Source: a virus (taxonomy: Duplodnaviria; Caudoviricetes). From it: 38,569 nt of DNA. Location of the stretch: the IMG/VR virus record IMGVR_UViG_3300019872_000007, positions 1 through 38,569 of that record, one strand, 5' to 3'. The notes under the pieces were generated by a model. That model was not told the DNA's origin and ran no database searches. It saw nothing but the letters and a program-made list of their open reading frames with translations. The position numbers and the translations under genes were made by a program. Shown here piece by piece: positions 26,127 through 34,683 of this stretch (position 1 is its first letter; each line of letters starts with the position of its first letter).

Positions 26127-26327
26127 TCAAGGATACTGCATTTTATTCTTTTTTGTATATGCTGCAAGCATATTTACAGACTTTTTGCAATGCTCAGGAT
26201 TGTCCATTTCACCGGAACAATATTTGCCATCGGCCACATTAGTTTCGCCTTGGTCTTTTGTCCAGTGACCTTTATTAAAATCACCTAAGCCATTCATCTT
26301 GGCTTGTGCTTCTTTGCTGTGTGCCAT
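26127..26327 (-). CDS. Small hypothetical protein after the portal
   Basis: 66 aa; GGGGA RBS. Confidence 0.7.
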   Translation of the reverse strand: MAHSKEAQAKMNGLGDFNKGHWTKDQGETNVADGKYCSGEMDNPEHCKKSVNMLAAYTKKNKMQYP

Positions 26328-26336
26328 GTTATCCCC

Positions 26337-28370
26337 TTAGCCCACTTGGGCAGTTTGTGGCTGGTTAGCCGTTTTCATCGCTTGTGCTAGGTCAAATGCG
26401 CTCTTAAGCTGATTGAATTGCACATCTTCAAGCTCCATAGCTAGTTTGACAAGATTTAGATCTGATTCCATCATTTTATGTTCGGCAGTAGCATATAAAT
26501 CTTCAATCTTAGCGACACGTTCTTGGGCTGAAACCATTAGATCTTTCTCTCGCGCCATGTCTACTTTAGCTTTTGCAAAAGATTCCATTATTTTAGCATT
26601 ATCCATTTTTTCTTTTGCTTGGGCTTCTGCCTGTTGAGCTTGCATTTGTTGTTGTTGGGCCTCTTCCATATCCTGCATGACTTGCTTTTTATTCGTTATA
26701 ATTGCGGCGCGAATAATGGATTTGTCTGCAATGGCCATGCCGATTTCTTTGAAGTGCAATAGCTGCTGTAATTCTGTTTGTCTTTGTGTTGCTGAGTAGT
26801 TGCCCTCTTCGACCCTAAGACCATATTTCTGGCTATGTGATGTCCAGAATCGTGGATCTGCTTCATGACCGAGAATGTTTCGTATCTTACCTTTAGAAAA
26901 GTTCTTTCGAATTGCCTGCAGTCGTATCTTACCGTACAACCTTTGTGTGTAATCAATCTTATCAAAGATAGTCTGCAATGTGGTGAGTCCTGCGCCCTGT
27001 CGAAGCATTGAAAGTATGCCGGATTTGTCATCAGTCGCCGAGCCGAGAAGTTCTTCATTTACACCACATATCTTTGTTATATCTTCTGCTAAGCTTTGTG
27101 AAAGCTCAAGAAGGCTTTGAGGGATCGCTGCGGCTTCAATCCTTTGGATCTCATTTGGAAGGTGGCCTGCCTTTAGTGGTATTAAAAAGCCTTGTCCAGA
27201 CTGCCTGAAAGCTTTGGGGTCTGTCACCGCATCGATCGGATATATCCAACCTGAATTTATCTGAGATTGGAGAATTTCAAGCTCAATAACTTTACGCATA
27301 TTGTATAGAAACTGAGCATCTCTAAGGTTTCTAATCATACCCATGCACCGCCATGCCGGAGATGTTACATCTGGCTCATAATAGCATATTGAAGGTACAC
27401 ACGGGTACGAATCAATATTAAGCAAATTAGGGCCATTATAGACTTCTTTGTCCCCTAAAGAAATGCAAAGCTTGACAGTTGGAATATAAGTTTTTTTAAC
27501 CTCTAACCAAGGTTGCTCCGCTAAAACCCGATCAAGCATATCTTCCGGATCTTGATCATCGGGTTCCCACTCTGTCGCTTCCCCAGTTTTTGGATCTAAT
27601 ATGATCGTGGCGAGCCTGGAATCCATATAATGGAATTCGTCATATGTAAATAACTTGTTCAAGGCGACATTCTGAAGCTCTGCTTGGACGGGAAAACGAC
27701 CGTCTTTCATCCCACCAGGATTCATTTTTTCAATTTCATTCGCGTAGCCTGGCAATAATCGTTTAGCTCCTTCTTTAGATGTCCATCGACGACGTTGAAT
27801 ACCATTACAGTCGGAAAGATCTTGCTTACGAAAATATTGATCGATTAGAAAATTATTATATGAAACCATATCGTCAAAAATATCCCCTGAAATAGGATCA
27901 AGGGTGTAGTCCATATACATCCATAGCAATGTCATGCCTGTGTCACATGAGCCCTCAAATGCTTCTGAGAGGTATTCTTGGAAACCAGATCGATCTTCAC
28001 AATATTTTAAGCAAGCATTGTAATCATCTGCTATCTGATCATCATTTTCCAGCACAGGAATAACAAGAGTAGACTTGCGATTTCGCCTTTGAAAACCACA
28101 GACCATATTGATATGGCGTCTAATTAGATTGAAAAAGAATCGGTAGGAATTTTGATTGTAATTATTACCCGCAACTTGGCTGTAGAGGGATTGATCTCCC
28201 ACTTTGAACCGCTTGTCTATAAAGCCTTGAGCCCACCATTGGCTATTGCCGGGATAATTTGCCTGGTAGAAATCTTCTTTACGCTGTTTTAGATGCTTGG
28301 AGGCTTGATCTGTGGGATCGATATACCCCGAAGTATTTGTGACGAAGCCGCCACGGTCATAGCTACCCAT
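26337..28370 (-). CDS. Portal protein (P22-like)
   Basis: FNLIRRHINMVCGFQR, GMIRNLRDAQ..YN.R, ICGVNEELLG, SG...RQ..G, Q-rich barrel tail; follows TerL. Confidence 0.88.
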   Translation of the reverse strand: MGSYDRGGFVTNTSGYIDPTDQASKHLKQRKEDFYQANYPGNSQWWAQGFIDKRFKVGDQSLYSQVAGNNYNQNSYRFFFNLIRRHINMVCGFQRRNRKSTLVIPVLENDDQIADDYNACLKYCEDRSGFQEYLSEAFEGSCDTGMTLLWMYMDYTLDPISGDIFDDMVSYNNFLIDQYFRKQDLSDCNGIQRRRWTSKEGAKRLLPGYANEIEKMNPGGMKDGRFPVQAELQNVALNKLFTYDEFHYMDSRLATIILDPKTGEATEWEPDDQDPEDMLDRVLAEQPWLEVKKTYIPTVKLCISLGDKEVYNGPNLLNIDSYPCVPSICYYEPDVTSPAWRCMGMIRNLRDAQFLYNMRKVIELEILQSQINSGWIYPIDAVTDPKAFRQSGQGFLIPLKAGHLPNEIQRIEAAAIPQSLLELSQSLAEDITKICGVNEELLGSATDDKSGILSMLRQGAGLTTLQTIFDKIDYTQRLYGKIRLQAIRKNFSKGKIRNILGHEADPRFWTSHSQKYGLRVEEGNYSATQRQTELQQLLHFKEIGMAIADKSIIRAAIITNKKQVMQDMEEAQQQQMQAQQAEAQAKEKMDNAKIMESFAKAKVDMAREKDLMVSAQERVAKIEDLYATAEHKMMESDLNLVKLAMELEDVQFNQLKSAFDLAQAMKTANQPQTAQVG

Positions 28371-28544
28371 GAAACCCCATAGATTAAAATGTAATCTATA
28401 TCATTTTGATGTAGATATTTGCATCTTTAATTTGACACAAATTTATGCGGGTTGTTATGGTGGGGATACAACGAGAGTTCAAGTCCACCATATGACACCC
28501 GATAAGCCTTGCACGGCCTCGGGTGTTTCGCATTCATATGACAT

Positions 28545-29831
28545 TTAGAAATATCCCCCACCCATTTGAGGATTCATATATCCATAACCATCGTCATCAT
28601 AAACTTTACGTCGCAACTGTTCAATTGTGAGTTGTGAATCAGGGTTGCCAAAGTCAGCCGACAATAAAAATGGCGTGCAAGCATATCTAAGGGAATCTAC
28701 CGAATGATCGTCTTTCTTAATGGGCTTATCTTCTCCCCTATCTTGAGCCTTCGGACACCATGCATAGCTTTGCAACTGCTCAATTAAATTCTTACAGCTC
28801 TTATGTATGACAATATTCTTACCAGATATGAATTTGCTCATTGTTTTGATGCCAAGGAGCACATCATTATTGGCGTCATTAACTGGAAGATCTTCATTGC
28901 GCAAGGCTATCTTAAATGAAGCCGCTGCTGGGTCTACATAAATGCAAGTGACATTTTTATGTGCAACGAAGCGTTTTATCTCTGTTACTAGTTGTGCATC
29001 GGTCTTAGGGATGCCTGTCTTGGAGGAATCAAAATAATATTCTTCTTCAACTCTCACTTGTGGCCATTGTTTTGGGGAGACAGCTAATAGCACGGCGGAA
29101 GTCGGGTTGGTGGTACCATAGTCAATACCACAAAGATAGTAGCTGGGTGATGGGAAAGGATTAACAAATTGATTATCATGATCAAAGTCAGGGAAGATTG
29201 CGCCTGTCGCTTGGCACCATTCCCCTAGAATGAATCGTTTATACCACATCCCCGAAAAGGAAGATTTTATGCTCTGCTTGTATTTCTCATCCAGTACCGG
29301 ATTATCATCTAGATTAAAATCCCAATGAATGAGATCAAGATCTCCAGCCCGATCAATATATTGCTTCTTTAGAAAATGCGATGGTCCTTCAGGGTTGGCG
29401 GTAGCAAATAGCTGAGCACCAGGAACACTAAGCCGAGTCTCTAGCATCTTCCAAAAAGCTTCAGGTATACAAGTGGCTTCGTCTACGTAGGCATAAGCTA
29501 AAGTAGAGCCCTGAATAGTAGTAACCGCAGATACATCCGGGGCACCAACGAAATAGACGTCGCGACCATATAGCGTTACTTTATTACACATAGGTGAAGG
29601 CGCCGGGTGGCCCAACATACGATAAATAGTAGTAATGACATTTCTTTGTATTGATCCTCGGTTAACGCCAATGATCATGGCATCGCCTGGGACACCATGC
29701 TTTAAACGATCAAGGAATTTACGGATGCTTGAAAAAGTTTTTCCAGATCGTACAGCGCCAACCCAGATATTGAAACGATGAGTTGATTCAAGATAAGATT
29801 GATTTTGCTTATCACTAGTTACAAAGGACAT
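28545..29831 (-). CDS. terL: Terminase large subunit, PBSX-like (start ATG 29831)
   Basis: Walker A GAVRSGKT, Walker B YVDE, TANP, GIDYGTTNP, VDPAA, DDHSVDSLRY. Confidence 0.95.
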   Translation of the reverse strand: MSFVTSDKQNQSYLESTHRFNIWVGAVRSGKTFSSIRKFLDRLKHGVPGDAMIIGVNRGSIQRNVITTIYRMLGHPAPSPMCNKVTLYGRDVYFVGAPDVSAVTTIQGSTLAYAYVDEATCIPEAFWKMLETRLSVPGAQLFATANPEGPSHFLKKQYIDRAGDLDLIHWDFNLDDNPVLDEKYKQSIKSSFSGMWYKRFILGEWCQATGAIFPDFDHDNQFVNPFPSPSYYLCGIDYGTTNPTSAVLLAVSPKQWPQVRVEEEYYFDSSKTGIPKTDAQLVTEIKRFVAHKNVTCIYVDPAAASFKIALRNEDLPVNDANNDVLLGIKTMSKFISGKNIVIHKSCKNLIEQLQSYAWCPKAQDRGEDKPIKKDDHSVDSLRYACTPFLLSADFGNPDSQLTIEQLRRKVYDDDGYGYMNPQMGGGYF

Positions 29832-30273
29832 CAGCCTCTTTTTTAAGCTTGGCTTTAACAAGCATAAGCTCGTTCTCTAGCTCTTTAATTTGCTCATCTT
29901 TAACATTTATTTCATCTTTACTCAAAGCTTTTCTAGATTCCCTTTCAATTTGAGCGTCTGCATCAGAATCTTCCCTTTTCCTTAGATCTTTAAAGTATAC
30001 TCTTTGCCATCTTTGTTTAAGTGATGGTTCAATTGGAGAATCCTTTTTTAGATACTTAAATCCTACTAATTTAAGTGCTTTTTCATAATAGGGGAAAAAC
30101 TCTGGAGCTACTTGCATAGTATCCCATTGTTTGTCAGTATAACTTTTGTGTATAGAATACCATTGAGATAGATGAATAGGATCATTTTCAATGATCCATT
30201 GTAGCATTTCCTCCCCAAGTTCAATCATTTCATCGGGAGAAAGAGAAACTGTTCTGGGACGTCCACCTGCCAT
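29815..30273 (-). CDS. Terminase small subunit (putative)
   Basis: MAGGRP start, helical, immediately upstream of and overlapping terL. Confidence 0.7.
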   Translation of the reverse strand: MAGGRPRTVSLSPDEMIELGEEMLQWIIENDPIHLSQWYSIHKSYTDKQWDTMQVAPEFFPYYEKALKLVGFKYLKKDSPIEPSLKQRWQRVYFKDLRKREDSDADAQIERESRKALSKDEINVKDEQIKELENELMLVKAKLKKEADVLCN

Positions 30274-30617
30274 TAGAATGGGCACTCCTCAAAAAAACTA
30301 GCCTGTTGATAATTCGGACTACTAATCGGTTCTTGCATCGGCAAGATCTTACTTGGCGATTTACTCTCCCAAGATCTGGCCTCTAAAAAAGACATTATAT
30401 CTTTTGCGAGAAAATTGCTATCCCATTCGAGAGAGTGCCTAAATTTTTTCTCCCCGTTGATAGAAACACTAGTGGACATGGGGGACCAGAAAAGGCCGCC
30501 ATCTTTTCTATTCTTTCGAACGTAAGCGAATCTAAATTTGGAATCGACCGAGAGGTAACAAATTTCTTTGGTGTAGGGATCGTCGGGAAAATATTCGTGA
30601 GAAATAAATTCAATCAT
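30273..30617 (-). CDS. SpoVG-like/ssDNA-binding protein with an SSB-type tail
   Basis: KDGGLFWSPMS motif; disordered linker; acidic EECPF C-terminus. Confidence 0.55.
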   Translation of the reverse strand: MIEFISHEYFPDDPYTKEICYLSVDSKFRFAYVRKNRKDGGLFWSPMSTSVSINGEKKFRHSLEWDSNFLAKDIMSFLEARSWESKSPSKILPMQEPISSPNYQQASFFEECPF

Positions 30618-30745
30618 TAGCATTTTCCTTTCATTTTTGCCTTCGCAACGATCTTGTCTTGTTTCTTATCGGCGTTCAAGAGGCCTTTGAGCTGCTTGCC
30701 TTCCTTAGCATTCTCACCCATAATTTTTTTAATCTTCGCGTCCAT
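30617..30745 (-). CDS. Lys-rich 42-aa protein, absent from the ORF track
   Basis: MDAKIKKIMGENAKEGKQLKGLLNADKKQDKIVAKAKMKGKC; AGGTGA RBS; TAATG coupling. Confidence 0.65.
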   Translation of the reverse strand: MDAKIKKIMGENAKEGKQLKGLLNADKKQDKIVAKAKMKGKC

Positions 30746-30914
30746 TGTCTTCACCTAATTTTATTTCATCTTGCACAACTTTTAATCTGGAGGAGATAGT
30801 GCCTAATATAAATGCACATCCAATACAATTTGCTTCAGTCGTATGATCGCCAAGCAATACAGAAGCTGAAATGACTGAATCAATTATACTTTCGACCTCT
30901 TGAGAAAGTAGCAT
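30729..30914 (-). CDS. Small helical protein
   Basis: CAFILGTISSRL; similar to the upstream neighbour. Confidence 0.6.
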   Translation of the reverse strand: MLLSQEVESIIDSVISASVLLGDHTTEANCIGCAFILGTISSRLKVVQDEIKLGEDNGRED

Positions 30915-30916
30915 AT

Positions 30917-31099
30917 TTAGCACCCATGGAGTTGGTTATCATTGTCATTTTTTTCTTCTTCCAAATAATCATGAATAATTTGTAATCGTTGAGCAATAGC
31001 GCCCAGCATAAAACAGCATTCCAAGGGTTTACTTTCGATTATGCGAGGCATTTCATAGAGGTCTTCTATCATATCAGCAAGAGTGGCTTGGATCTTCAT
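30917..31099 (-). CDS. Small helical protein
   Basis: CCFMLGAIAQRL; ATGA overlap. Confidence 0.6.
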   Translation of the reverse strand: MKIQATLADMIEDLYEMPRIIESKPLECCFMLGAIAQRLQIIHDYLEEEKNDNDNQLHGC

Positions 31100-31341
31100 T
31101 CTTTTTTGAACTCACTAATTTGCTCTAAAACGTTGTGGCAATCTTGAATGACATGATCTAAAGCGTCGCTACCAAAATGACGCGATTGCGTTAGGCATTC
31201 AATGATTTCGAACTGATCTTCAAGCAAGGTGCGCATCTCCAAAACCTGGTCTGTCTCAGGCATGACGCCGAGCAACTGCAGGCAAGCAGTGGAAACGCTC
31301 AATGAGGCAATCAAATGGTGTTCAGCGTATAAAATCGTCAT
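31096..31341 (-). CDS. Hypothetical protein
   Basis: About 81 aa, acidic, helical. Confidence 0.55.
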   Translation of the reverse strand: MTILYAEHHLIASLSVSTACLQLLGVMPETDQVLEMRTLLEDQFEIIECLTQSRHFGSDALDHVIQDCHNVLEQISEFKKE

Positions 31342-31414
31342 CGTCACACTTCAAGCTTAGTGATAAGATCATAAAGACAAAAAAAAATAGGGCACAAATG
31401 CCAAGGACGAACAT
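31322..31414 (-). CDS. 30-aa single-TM peptide
   Basis: MFVLGICALFFFVFMILSLSLKCDDDDFIR; begins right after the rusA stop. Confidence 0.35.
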   Translation of the reverse strand: MFVLGICALFFFVFMILSLSLKCDDDDFIR

Positions 31415-32056
31415 TCATTTATCTCGAATTTTGTTCAATTTCTGAGCATATTCATTGGCAAACGTAATAAGTTCAAGGCTAGCATGTTCAGCCATAAAGT
31501 TTTTTTCATTCTCAGGACAAGACTCAAATTGGGCGAGAGCGTTTTTTAAGACACACAGATGCACATTCAGCAGCTCAAGTTCTGAAGGCGAGAATATTTT
31601 AGCTATTTTTTTAGTATTTTCAGTCATAAGTTTTTTTATAGGGGAGACGTCAATAATCGTGCAAGGATTTTCAGAATATTTTTGAAAAGCATGTAATTCG
31701 ACAATCTGAGCATCATCACGCCAAAGAATACCATTGCAAAGGTCGAGCACAAGTTTAATCAGGTTATCGATATCGGGCTTATGTGATGGCAATTCAAAGT
31801 GCCACTTCTTTGCGTTTTTAAGGGCCGCCGAGCCCGTCTCAGCCACTGGCATGAGGAAAGATAGGGCAACCCTCAACGGAAGGCTAAAATAGCCCTCAAA
31901 ATCATCCGGGCTATCTTGCTTAACCAAAAAGGACAATTCAGCCTTTCTTTCATCGCAAAGCTGCTTTTGCGGATCGTAAGCCACAGCATGCTTGCCACGA
32001 ACGCAGAATTTAGGCCTAGCTTTAGCTATGGGATTTCCAGGTATGACAATTCGCAT
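31415..32056 (-). CDS. rusA: RusA-family Holliday junction resolvase with C-terminal extension
   Basis: IPGNPIAKARP, KPDIDNLIKLVLD, WRDDAQIV. Confidence 0.9.
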   Translation of the reverse strand: MRIVIPGNPIAKARPKFCVRGKHAVAYDPQKQLCDERKAELSFLVKQDSPDDFEGYFSLPLRVALSFLMPVAETGSAALKNAKKWHFELPSHKPDIDNLIKLVLDLCNGILWRDDAQIVELHAFQKYSENPCTIIDVSPIKKLMTENTKKIAKIFSPSELELLNVHLCVLKNALAQFESCPENEKNFMAEHASLELITFANEYAQKLNKIRDK

Positions 32057-32231
32057 TTTTTTTGAATCCAACATCATAAAGTTTACTTTTTTCAAGACTT
32101 ACTAATCGTTTATGAATAGTCGAGACACTCAATCCTAATTTTTTAGCTGTTTTTCTTACACTTTGAAGTTCTTCATAAGTAGAAATCACTATTTCATCCG
32201 GAATTTTTTTAATCCCTCTTCCATAATTCAT
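32022..32231 (-). CDS. HTH DNA-binding protein
   Basis: SVRKTAKKLGLSVSTIHKRL. Confidence 0.7.
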   Translation of the reverse strand: MNYGRGIKKIPDEIVISTYEELQSVRKTAKKLGLSVSTIHKRLVSLEKSKLYDVGFKKNANCHTWKSHS

Positions 32232-32404
32232 ACTTTTTCCCCTTTTTTCTGATGGTAGGCAAATCGTTTACATTTTTTGCAGATATCAGTAAACCGGTAA
32301 CCTTTCTTAACGAAGTGCTCTAAGAATGCCCATTCTAAGCATTTTTTACATTGTTGCATGCTCATTTCGGGGGGTTCCTCCAAGTTAATAACCTTCTTCT
32401 TGAT
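32228..32404 (-). CDS. Zinc-finger protein
   Basis: CKKC...F...CKKC. Confidence 0.6.
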   Translation of the reverse strand: MKKKVINLEEPPEMSMQQCKKCLEWAFLEHFVKKGYRFTDICKKCKRFAYHQKKGEKV

Positions 32405-32684
32405 ATCCATACAGGTCATCTAGGAAGGATTTCACATTGCTCTTTTGATAAACTTTCCTCAAAACCTGAAATTGTTTTTTTGAAATATATCCATGGCAGT
32501 CCATGAAATCAGAAATTGAGCCGTTCTGTGACAGAAAGCCATGTAGTTCAAGCTTTTTTTCATCGCAAAGCTGCTTTTGCGGATCATAGGCCATAGCATG
32601 CTTGCCGCGAGCAGAGAATTTAGGCCTAGCCTTGGGGATGGGGTTGCCGGGGATTATGATTCGCATATTTTTGACAATATCCAA
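32385..32684 (-). CDS. Chimeric protein: RusA N-terminal duplicate fused to an unrelated C-terminus
   Basis: MRIIIPGNPIPKARPKF...LEL nearly identical to the RusA N-terminus; catalytic Asp motifs absent. Confidence 0.6.
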   Translation of the reverse strand: MDIVKNMRIIIPGNPIPKARPKFSARGKHAMAYDPQKQLCDEKKLELHGFLSQNGSISDFMDCHGYISKKQFQVLRKVYQKSNVKSFLDDLYGYQEEGY

Positions 32685-32687
32685 TTT

Positions 32688-32957
32688 TTAAAGTTTTCGC
32701 ATTATATCTTCGATATCTGAATGTGCCTTATGATATTTTTCGAGATTATCAAAATAAAATTTAGCAAACCCAATTAAAGATTCCTTTTGAGATCCAAAAG
32801 GGCCATAATTTTGCCATCCGTCATCATTGAAAAAAAATAAATTGTCTTTCTTCCAAAATGTAATGGTCACCTGTGCAAATTTAATTTCGTCTACAAATTC
32901 ACATCCGTCGCAAGGCGGCAATTCTTTACTGCATTCAAACCAAATATTTTCCATCAC
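32688..32957 (-). CDS. Hypothetical protein (DUF551-like N-terminus)
   Basis: WFECSKELPP; GTGA overlap with the loader gene. Confidence 0.55.
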   Translation of the reverse strand: MMENIWFECSKELPPCDGCEFVDEIKFAQVTITFWKKDNLFFFNDDGWQNYGPFGSQKESLIGFAKFYFDNLEKYHKAHSDIEDIMRKL

Positions 32958-33538
32958 TGCCTTAAATCATAGCCATCAAGGATTTCAATAATACAGTTTT
33001 CTTTAGAAAAAAGCCGACTTGAAACTCTTTCATGAAAAAATTCCTTGAATTCTTTGATTGAGAAATTACTGGTTACGATTGTGGGTTTCATGGTGTTGTA
33101 TCGTTCATCGATGGCATCAAAAATAATTTCTTTCCTCCAGTCGTTGAGGCCTGTACTTCCGATATCATCAAGCATCACAAAGTCATCATCGATTAAATAT
33201 TGCAATGCTTCTAGATAGTCGCCTTTGCAGTCGTCCATCGAGGATCGAATTCGTTTTAAAAGCTCCGATTCATTCCAATATCGAACACTTTTATATTTTG
33301 TGAAAATGGCAGCAAACATTGCAGCACAAAAATAAGTTTTTCCAATCCCGGCATTTCCTAAATAAACTAAAAAATTGTGTCTACCGTTGATCCATTGTAA
33401 AATCCGCTCTGCCGAAGCATCTCCCCCAAATTGGATTTTTGACAAGGAGGCTCCGCGGTATCTTTTTCCGAAGATTTGTTCTTGCCTGTCGGCGATGAGT
33501 TTTTCGAGTCTTTCTCTGAAGTTGAGTTCTTCGAACAT
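32954..33538 (-). CDS. DnaC/IstB-like AAA+ helicase loader
   Basis: GNAGIGKT, LDDIG, IDERY, TSN, ERVSSRL, G.DLR; AAGGA RBS. Confidence 0.92.
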   Translation of the reverse strand: MFEELNFRERLEKLIADRQEQIFGKRYRGASLSKIQFGGDASAERILQWINGRHNFLVYLGNAGIGKTYFCAAMFAAIFTKYKSVRYWNESELLKRIRSSMDDCKGDYLEALQYLIDDDFVMLDDIGSTGLNDWRKEIIFDAIDERYNTMKPTIVTSNFSIKEFKEFFHERVSSRLFSKENCIIEILDGYDLRQ

Positions 33539-34197
33539 GGTTTTTCCTTAAGCTGTTGATTTTGTTCTATTAAACGATTCTTTTTGATGATTGAGTCAAT
33601 ATAGTTTACAGGATTTTCGATATTTCCGGAATAACGAATGTAGGACGGCCAAGCTTTTTCGATTTCCAGAGTAGTCCAATCTTTATCCAGTTTTTCGCGA
33701 GCGAAAAATAAGTCGTCTTTAGAAAAGTTATGAACATTTCCACAATCCGTCGCGCGCGCACACTCGGGCGCGTCATCATCATTTTCTTTAATCCTTTCTT
33801 TCTTATATGTATTGTTTTCCAAATGAGGGGGGTACCGCGTTGGTACTAGGGGGGGTACCACGTTGGTACTAGGGGGGGGTACCGAATTGGTACTACCCCC
33901 CCCCTCATGTACAACTAGTTCATAATAAACCTCTTCTGTACCTAACACGCCAACTATTTCCTTACAAACCAACCCTTTTTCAATTAAAGAATTTAATGCG
34001 GTGCATATATTTGTTCTATTAGATCCAGTCAGGTTTTGAAAGGTTGAAATACTTATTTTATCTTTTTTTCGATGCCAACCAAAAGTTTTTCTCATGATAA
34101 CAAGCAAAACCTTAAGTTCGACTTCTCCAAGTTTGGGAAGCCATTCATCAAAAAGATCGTTAGGCGTCTGAGTAAAGTTTGGTGCGGGAATTCTCAT
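33367..34197 (-). CDS. Lambda O-like replication initiator
   Basis: FTQTPNDLFD...LKVLLVIMRKTFGW.KK.D.IS winged helix; internal iterons; upstream of the loader. Confidence 0.88.
   Translation of the reverse strand: MRIPAPNFTQTPNDLFDEWLPKLGEVELKVLLVIMRKTFGWHRKKDKISISTFQNLTGSNRTNICTALNSLIEKGLVCKEIVGVLGTEEVYYELVVHEGGGSTNSVPPPSTNVVPPLVPTRYPPHLENNTYKKERIKENDDDAPECARATDCGNVHNFSKDDLFFAREKLDKDWTTLEIEKAWPSYIRYSGNIENPVNYIDSIIKKNRLIEQNQQLKEKPCSKNSTSEKDSKNSSPTGKNKSSEKDTAEPPCQKSNLGEMLRQSGFYNGSTVDTIF
33781..33904. repeat. Replication origin: three iterons plus an AT-rich tract
   Basis: G6/G7/G8-TACC-N3-TTGGTACTA at 33827, 33849 and 33872, then C9; AT-rich 33781-33825. Confidence 0.85.
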
Positions 34198-34391
34198 TAG
34201 CAAGCCCCCCGAAAAATATTGAAATAAAAATTAGGGATTGTGCTAAAATTGGGATTAGGAATATATTGCATGCATTGTCTCCTGATTTGTGTTGTGTAAT
34301 TGGGATTCATGAGCCATCCTATGAAAGTGGGTGGCAATTGTTTTGTTGAATACATTGTCTCCTTTTTTACGTGAAAGTTAATGGGATTCAT
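34197..34391 (-). CDS. Hypothetical leader ORF with nested starts
   Basis: TAATG-coupled to the initiator; three RBS-ATG units. Confidence 0.4.
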   Translation of the reverse strand: MNPINFHVKKETMYSTKQLPPTFIGWLMNPNYTTQIRRQCMQYIPNPNFSTIPNFYFNIFRGAC

Positions 34392-34487
34392 GTGCTGGTC
34401 CTTTTTTTAGGTCTATTAATTGGTCCTTTTTAGGAGCTAATATTAGGGCTAGATTGTTGTATTGCATGTACTGATCCTTTTTTTAGG
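34264..34487 (-). repeat. Degenerate 76-81 bp periodic repeats
   Basis: CATTGTCTCCT at 34273/34353; TGGGATTCATG at 34301/34382; 21/23 match at 34389/34465. Confidence 0.75.
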
Positions 34488-34658
34488 GTTGGTGATAGTG
34501 GTTATCTGATTTTTGATTTCTACTCCTTTCCTTGAAGGGTTGAGGTGATGGATCTCTCTAAAGCATTTACCGCTATAGCATATTAGGTATTTCTTCAACA
34601 GCTTTAACTCCTGTTGAAGGCGAAAGTTTGTCTCCACTTACTTTTGAACTCGTATCTT

Positions 34659-34683
34659 CCCCAGTCCTAGGACTGGGGTTTTT
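34659..34683 (+). terminator. Hairpin/terminator with the U tract on the plus strand
   Basis: CCCCAGTCCTAGGACTGGGG perfect palindrome followed by TTTTT. Confidence 0.65.

Noticed and set aside
28455-28495. GTTCAAGTCC...ACCA tRNA-like T-loop
   Set aside because: T-stem does not pair, and no D or anticodon arm can be built; no tRNA called
34264-34487. CRISPR mini-array interpretation of the periodic repeats
   Set aside because: Repeats are short, of mixed types and not identical; no cas genes
34449-34637. 62-aa ORF as a cII-like gene
   Set aside because: GTG start without an RBS, no HTH pattern, and it overlaps hairpins and repeats
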